Below, piece after piece: positions 6,346 to 10,225 of a stretch of 10,225 bases of DNA. The notes beneath the pieces were generated by a model. That model searched no databases. It had not been told where the DNA came from and saw nothing but the letters and a program-made list of their open reading frames with translations. Where the stretch lies: positions 1 to 10,225 of the forward strand of contig JBKHIT010000105.1 of the NCBI GenBank assembly GCA_046538485.1, given 5' to 3'. The first letter of the stretch is position 1. Every line of letters starts with the position of its first letter. This stretch comes from Candidatus Brocadiia bacterium (GTDB lineage Bacteria; Planctomycetota; Brocadiia; SM23-32). Position numbers and translations under genes: made by a program.

Positions 6346-7713
6346 TCAATCGTATGATTCAGCTATTTTGTAGCCCAGTCCAGGTCCGCTGAGCGAACCG
6401 AGATCGAGTGTGCCGTTTGTGATCTGGAAGAATCCGGGGTGAAGGTCTTTTAATTCCCGTGCCGGATCGGCGAGAAACTGTCGCGCATTGGCTTCAACGC
6501 CCATGACTGGCGAAATGCGTCCGGCAAACCCCACCGAATGGGCGAGAGAAATTCCGGGATTTGTCAGATCCTGCACGGAATAGATCATATCCCATTTTTT
6601 TGCCAGAATGGCGCACAATAGCGCGGCTGTATGGCCCTTACAGGTTTTTAAGGCGACTCCCGACCAGCCCAATTTTCGTGCCAGTTGCATATCCTGGATG
6701 GATGTTATCCCCTCATCGGCGAGGACAGGTTTCCGCTCGGCCACCGGTTTCATATCAAACCGGCCAGCTGTAAGATCTCGGGCAGTGGGTTGTTCAAGGT
6801 AGAGGAGGGCCTGGTAGGCATCCGGGTGGTCCTGCTCCAGATGATCCAGGTATTCCATAACGGTGTCCGGATCCGGACACATTTCGTTGGCGTCGACGGT
6901 AAGGTGGAACTCGTTTTGGCCAATTTCAGCGAGGGTTTTCCCGGCCACTTTTGCTACCTGTGCCGTCCTTTGCACGTCGCTGGCGGGGTCTGTGCCGCTG
7001 AGTTTGACTTTGAAGCAGTACACGCCTTCCTTCCTGATCCATTCTTCGAGGGATTGAGGATGGGCAGTATCATGATCCTCGGAATGGTTTTCCCGGTTTG
7101 TCAGCTGGTCCGCCCCACCAACCAGTTGAAACAGCGGAAGCTGCTTTGCATAATCACCCGACAGGAAAGTGTCCGGTCTCATGCCCTCAAATTCAGCGCC
7201 GAGATAGCGCGACAGGTCATTTTCCCAGAAATCCTTGCCATATCCCCGGTAGGTGTCGATCCCGTTGGATTTTCCAAATGCATCGTGGAGTGCTGCATCG
7301 ACCGGTGAAGCGCACACAAGAGCGGCAAGTAACGGGAACGGGTCGGAAAGATCGAGCTCTTCTGTTATCCGGTCGGCCACTTGCTGGTAGTTTTCTTTAC
7401 GCTCCATCACAATGTCGAGGGGATGTCCCGTGGCTTCCGGGAACATATTGGCGATCTGCCTGCAAGCGTTCCGCATTGCAGTATCGCGACCGGAATGAGA
7501 GAGGTGATCGCTGGGGTAAGCCCACAGATCCGAGAGCAGAATACTGCCGTATCCGATCCCTGTTTGGCCCCTTTGATTTTCGGCTTCAAGCGTTGCTTTT
7601 GCGTAGGTGAGTTCTTCAATCACCCCGGTGCCGAATTTCAGGGGGCTTCGTAGCTTGACGTCTTCGAAACTGAAGCGGACCTCACGAACCCGAATATCTG
7701 TGGGTTTACTCAT
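6346..7713 (-). CDS. Mandelate racemase/muconate lactonizing enzyme (enolase superfamily) protein, 455 aa
   Basis: SPVDAALHDAFGK capping helix, FKVKL (KxK), metal ligands in VDANE, LEQP and ADEG, and LKTCKG. RBS GGAGGG at 7727-7722. ATGA overlap with the upstream gene. Confidence 0.9.
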   Translation of the reverse strand: MSKPTDIRVREVRFSFEDVKLRSPLKFGTGVIEELTYAKATLEAENQRGQTGIGYGSILLSDLWAYPSDHLSHSGRDTAMRNACRQIANMFPEATGHPLDIVMERKENYQQVADRITEELDLSDPFPLLAALVCASPVDAALHDAFGKSNGIDTYRGYGKDFWENDLSRYLGAEFEGMRPDTFLSGDYAKQLPLFQLVGGADQLTNRENHSEDHDTAHPQSLEEWIRKEGVYCFKVKLSGTDPASDVQRTAQVAKVAGKTLAEIGQNEFHLTVDANEMCPDPDTVMEYLDHLEQDHPDAYQALLYLEQPTARDLTAGRFDMKPVAERKPVLADEGITSIQDMQLARKLGWSGVALKTCKGHTAALLCAILAKKWDMIYSVQDLTNPGISLAHSVGFAGRISPVMGVEANARQFLADPARELKDLHPGFFQITNGTLDLGSLSGPGLGYKIAESYD

Positions 7714-8636
7714 GCGAAAGGCCCTCCGGGGCGCGCAGTGTCGTTTGTTTCACGTAAGCGGTTCAGATAATCATTGACTCGCTCGATTTCGTATTGGCGA
7801 AGCAAATCATCCAGATCATGTTCCCGGGTGTTGTTGACGATCATGACTCGCCCGATATTCGGTGGGATGTCGACAGTTATGTGTTTGCCCAGGTTTCTTT
7901 GGAGAGATTTTAGCTTTTCTTGATGGTTGTCGAGATGAACCAGTGCATAATCAAGGTTGATTGTTGCTCTGGCTACCGAGGTGTAACAGTGTGTTTTTGC
8001 GATAAATCGGCCGAAAGGATCCATAATCCCGCCGCCCTCAACCTGCATCGCTGAAACCACGAAGCACTGGCAGTTTACTGCCCACTTGGCCTGGAGAATA
8101 CCGCCATTAAACATGCTGGGAAACGCGAGGATATCGGGTTCTTTAGCCGCGTAGGCATTGCGCAAAGTGTCAAAATTCAGGTCGAAACAAATCATGGCCC
8201 CCAGGCGGCCGAGAGAAGTTTTGAAAACGCGCGGCCCGGCTCCGGGTGTCAGGCCAGACTCAAGTTCGCCTTCGGTCAGGAAAACTTTGTCGTATGCACC
8301 GACGATGTTCCCGCCGGGCTCGATAAAAATAGCGGAGTTATAGATTTTGTCTTCTTCCCGGCGTTTTGCGGAACCGACGATATAGCAATTGAGTTGAACG
8401 GCAAATTCCTGATACAGGGAAATGACGGGCCCCGGGTCTTTGAGATTCTCGGCCTGGTCGGGCGTTTGGCTTACGGCGCCGACCCCTTCGGAGAGTACGA
8501 TAAGATCGTTTTTTTGATCGGCCATGGAAGCCAGAAGTTGTTTTGTTTCCTTCAGGACCGTCTCACGAGCTTCGGGAGATCCCCGTTCCGCCCGGGTTTC
8601 AAATCGTGGAGCAGCCACTTCGATTTTATGGGCCAT
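7710..8636 (-). CDS. Carbon-nitrogen hydrolase (nitrilase superfamily), 308 aa
   Basis: Glu-Lys-Cys triad in DLIVLSE, YNSA...YDKVFLT and ICFDLNF. RBS AAGGGG at 8651-8646. Confidence 0.92.
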   Translation of the reverse strand: MAHKIEVAAPRFETRAERGSPEARETVLKETKQLLASMADQKNDLIVLSEGVGAVSQTPDQAENLKDPGPVISLYQEFAVQLNCYIVGSAKRREEDKIYNSAIFIEPGGNIVGAYDKVFLTEGELESGLTPGAGPRVFKTSLGRLGAMICFDLNFDTLRNAYAAKEPDILAFPSMFNGGILQAKWAVNCQCFVVSAMQVEGGGIMDPFGRFIAKTHCYTSVARATINLDYALVHLDNHQEKLKSLQRNLGKHITVDIPPNIGRVMIVNNTREHDLDDLLRQYEIERVNDYLNRLRETNDTARPGGPFA

Positions 8637-8749
8637 TTTGCGTTTCCCCTTTTATGCAGGACGATGCCCGGTTCCGGGGCTGCGATCCGACAAAGTCCCA
8701 GACCACCCGCGATCGTCCTTTTCTCCGGAAACCATAGCGACAATGACGA

Positions 8750-8778
8750 ACTTTAGGCCAACTTCAGGCCGGTGTCAA
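8750..8778 (-). promoter_or_regulatory. Sigma70 promoter for the hydrolase/enolase operon
   Basis: The minus strand reads TTGACA (8778-8773), a 17-nt spacer, then TAAAGT (8755-8750). Confidence 0.75.
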
Positions 8779-8786
8779 AGCGCTTT
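8777..8786. promoter_or_regulatory. LacI/GalR-type operator-like palindrome
   Basis: Perfect palindrome AAAGCGCTTT with a central CG, overlapping the upstream edge of the -35 box. Confidence 0.5.
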
Positions 8787-9034
8787 CGGCCAATTTGAAT
8801 GTTCTCTGCTCCGCCTGGCACGCGAAAAAAGACGCAGTGATTGCCCCTGCGATCTGATATGGTACCAGCGGAGGGGAATTTTTCGGGAGGACGGGGAGGG
8901 AAGTGGTACAGGTTCACCAGGGCCGCGACGGCGGTCAGTGGGTGGGGGCGGAACTTGCGGCCCGGGATCTGAGCGCTTTTTCCGCCGCGGACGATCTTCG
9001 AATTGAGGTGATCACATGGGGGATGGCTAAACGA

Positions 9035-9949
9035 TCAGCCCGATTTTGCCGGCGTTTCGAGCCAGTTCTTCGGAATTCGATGCTGACGTGTTTTGGGGAT
9101 CAAGACAGCATTCAGCCAAAAATCGTCCCATTCCGGCAGCTGCATCGGTTGCAGGCGACAGTTTTCCCGGTCGATAATGTACCCGATATACTCGGTCGAT
9201 TGTACACGGTAGAACACTTCGAGCAATTCGGACGGATGATGTCCGAACCGGGCGGCTTCTTTCGTTGAAAGTTCCAGAAGCCAGATGGGTGGTTTACGGT
9301 TGTTGAGCGTTGCCGATGCCCCTTTCAGAACCTGTTTTTCGGCTCCTTCAGCGTCGAGCTTTATGAAATCGGCCTCATGGACCTCGTCTTTCTGAAGAAA
9401 CACATCGAGCGGGACCACCCTGGTGGGTTGTTTTCTGGTCGGCCCGTCGATCTCGCCCAGGGACGCACTGATCCAGTTCTTTGGGATATGAAAATCGGTC
9501 CGCTGCTCTTTTTCCCCAAGGGCAATGGCATGGACTTCGAGAGCGGGATGCCATTTTTTTAGGGCTTTCAGCAGACGGGCGGCGTCGCGGTTGGGTTCGA
9601 TGGCGTGGACTTCACCCTTGGGGCCAATTTCCCGGCACAATAATGTGGTATACCACCCCAGATTTGCACCCACATCGATGGCCGTATCGCCCGGTTTAAT
9701 AAGATTCTGGACCAGTTTGGTTTCGATTTTTTCGCACGGAAAATCTCCTTCCAGAAGGTAGGGCAGGGATACTGGATTCCGCAGGTCCAGGTACATCCAG
9801 CGCCCGTCGTGCATGGGAAGCGGCAAACGGTGAAAACCCGGCGCGCGGTGGCCCATACGGCACAGGGTTTCGTCCGAGGGACGCCAACCGGTCGTTTGGT
9901 AAATGTAACGCACTCCTGCTGCCAGCAAACCTTCCCACGTAAATCGCAT
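9035..9949 (-). CDS. FkbM-family SAM-dependent methyltransferase, 304 aa
   Basis: IDVGANLGWYT (motif I), AIEPN, VVPLD and FIKLDAEGAEKQVLKGA. A strong GAGGAGG RBS lies upstream of the ATG at 9949. Confidence 0.92.
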   Translation of the reverse strand: MRFTWEGLLAAGVRYIYQTTGWRPSDETLCRMGHRAPGFHRLPLPMHDGRWMYLDLRNPVSLPYLLEGDFPCEKIETKLVQNLIKPGDTAIDVGANLGWYTTLLCREIGPKGEVHAIEPNRDAARLLKALKKWHPALEVHAIALGEKEQRTDFHIPKNWISASLGEIDGPTRKQPTRVVPLDVFLQKDEVHEADFIKLDAEGAEKQVLKGASATLNNRKPPIWLLELSTKEAARFGHHPSELLEVFYRVQSTEYIGYIIDRENCRLQPMQLPEWDDFWLNAVLIPKTRQHRIPKNWLETPAKSG

Positions 9950-10080
9950 TGCGCTTGCCTCCTCGGTGTGGAGTCACAATTTGCGGGTCGAGAGGTTTTT
10001 GGCGCGAGCAATCCGTTCAGGTAAAGCCTGTTAAGATTTCTTCCGTGAATGGTACCGCGGTCAATCCTGGAACAAGTACG

Positions 10081-10109
10081 ATCTTAGAGTACATGTGCCG
10101 ATGCTTCAA
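10081..10109 (-). promoter_or_regulatory. Possible sigma70 promoter for the FkbM gene
   Basis: The minus strand reads TTGAAG (10109-10104), a 17-nt spacer, then TAAGAT (10086-10081). Confidence 0.45.
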
Positions 10110-10225
10110 GGCAGGGTTTCCCACGGGAAAGCACTGTTATAAAGGATTCCACAGAACGCTTACCGCGCACGGTATGCGTTTAGCGTTGGTGCTGTCGGTA
10201 AGCCCGCGGAGCGGGCGTGGCAGAA

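Noticed and set aside
8857..8882. Similarity of ATATGGTACCAGCGGAGGGGAATT to ATATCGCGCCGCGGAGGGGGGAAATT (1066-1091)
   Set aside because: The match is short, G-rich and gapped, and the two lie at different distances from their promoters, so it is probably chance.
8524..9268. + strand ORFs 8524-9006 and 8903-9268
   Set aside because: They overlap supported - strand genes and regulatory signals and contain no recognisable domains.
10050..10059. TGGTACCGCG resembling a T-box core
   Set aside because: It lacks the preceding AGGG, a following terminator and stem I, and no + strand target gene is visible.
10137..10225. Possible 3' end of an upstream - strand gene
   Set aside because: All three frames give short open stretches, and none can be singled out.
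1..10225. CRISPR array, tRNA/rRNA, integrase or transposase
   Set aside because: No regularly spaced direct repeats, cloverleafs or recombinase/transposase motifs were seen.

Overview
Bacterial genomic window, moderately GC-rich. It is probably from the PVC group (Planctomycetota-like); this is inferred from a DUF1559-type prepilin-like gene and the repeat styles, not from a search. Seven well-supported CDSs: prepilin-type/DUF1559-like protein (-), glyQ (+, no glyS next to it), aldo/keto reductase (+), heparinase II/III-like lyase with no signal peptide (+), a translationally coupled carbon-nitrogen hydrolase plus enolase-superfamily pair (-), and an FkbM methyltransferase (-). No tRNA, rRNA, CRISPR array or transposase was seen. 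Points worth follow-up: (1) a ~500 bp non-coding block upstream of glyQ, bounded by a perfect 14-bp inverted repeat (imperfectly ~40 bp) and filled with hairpins of several REP-like types; (2) the solitary and slightly divergent glyQ; (3) a hydrolase/enolase operon with a clear sigma70 promoter, a LacI-like operator and a structured leader; (4) a lyase that appears to keep its catalytic triad but not its metal site. The sequence alone does not demonstrate a new system, and the pathway ideas are hypotheses.
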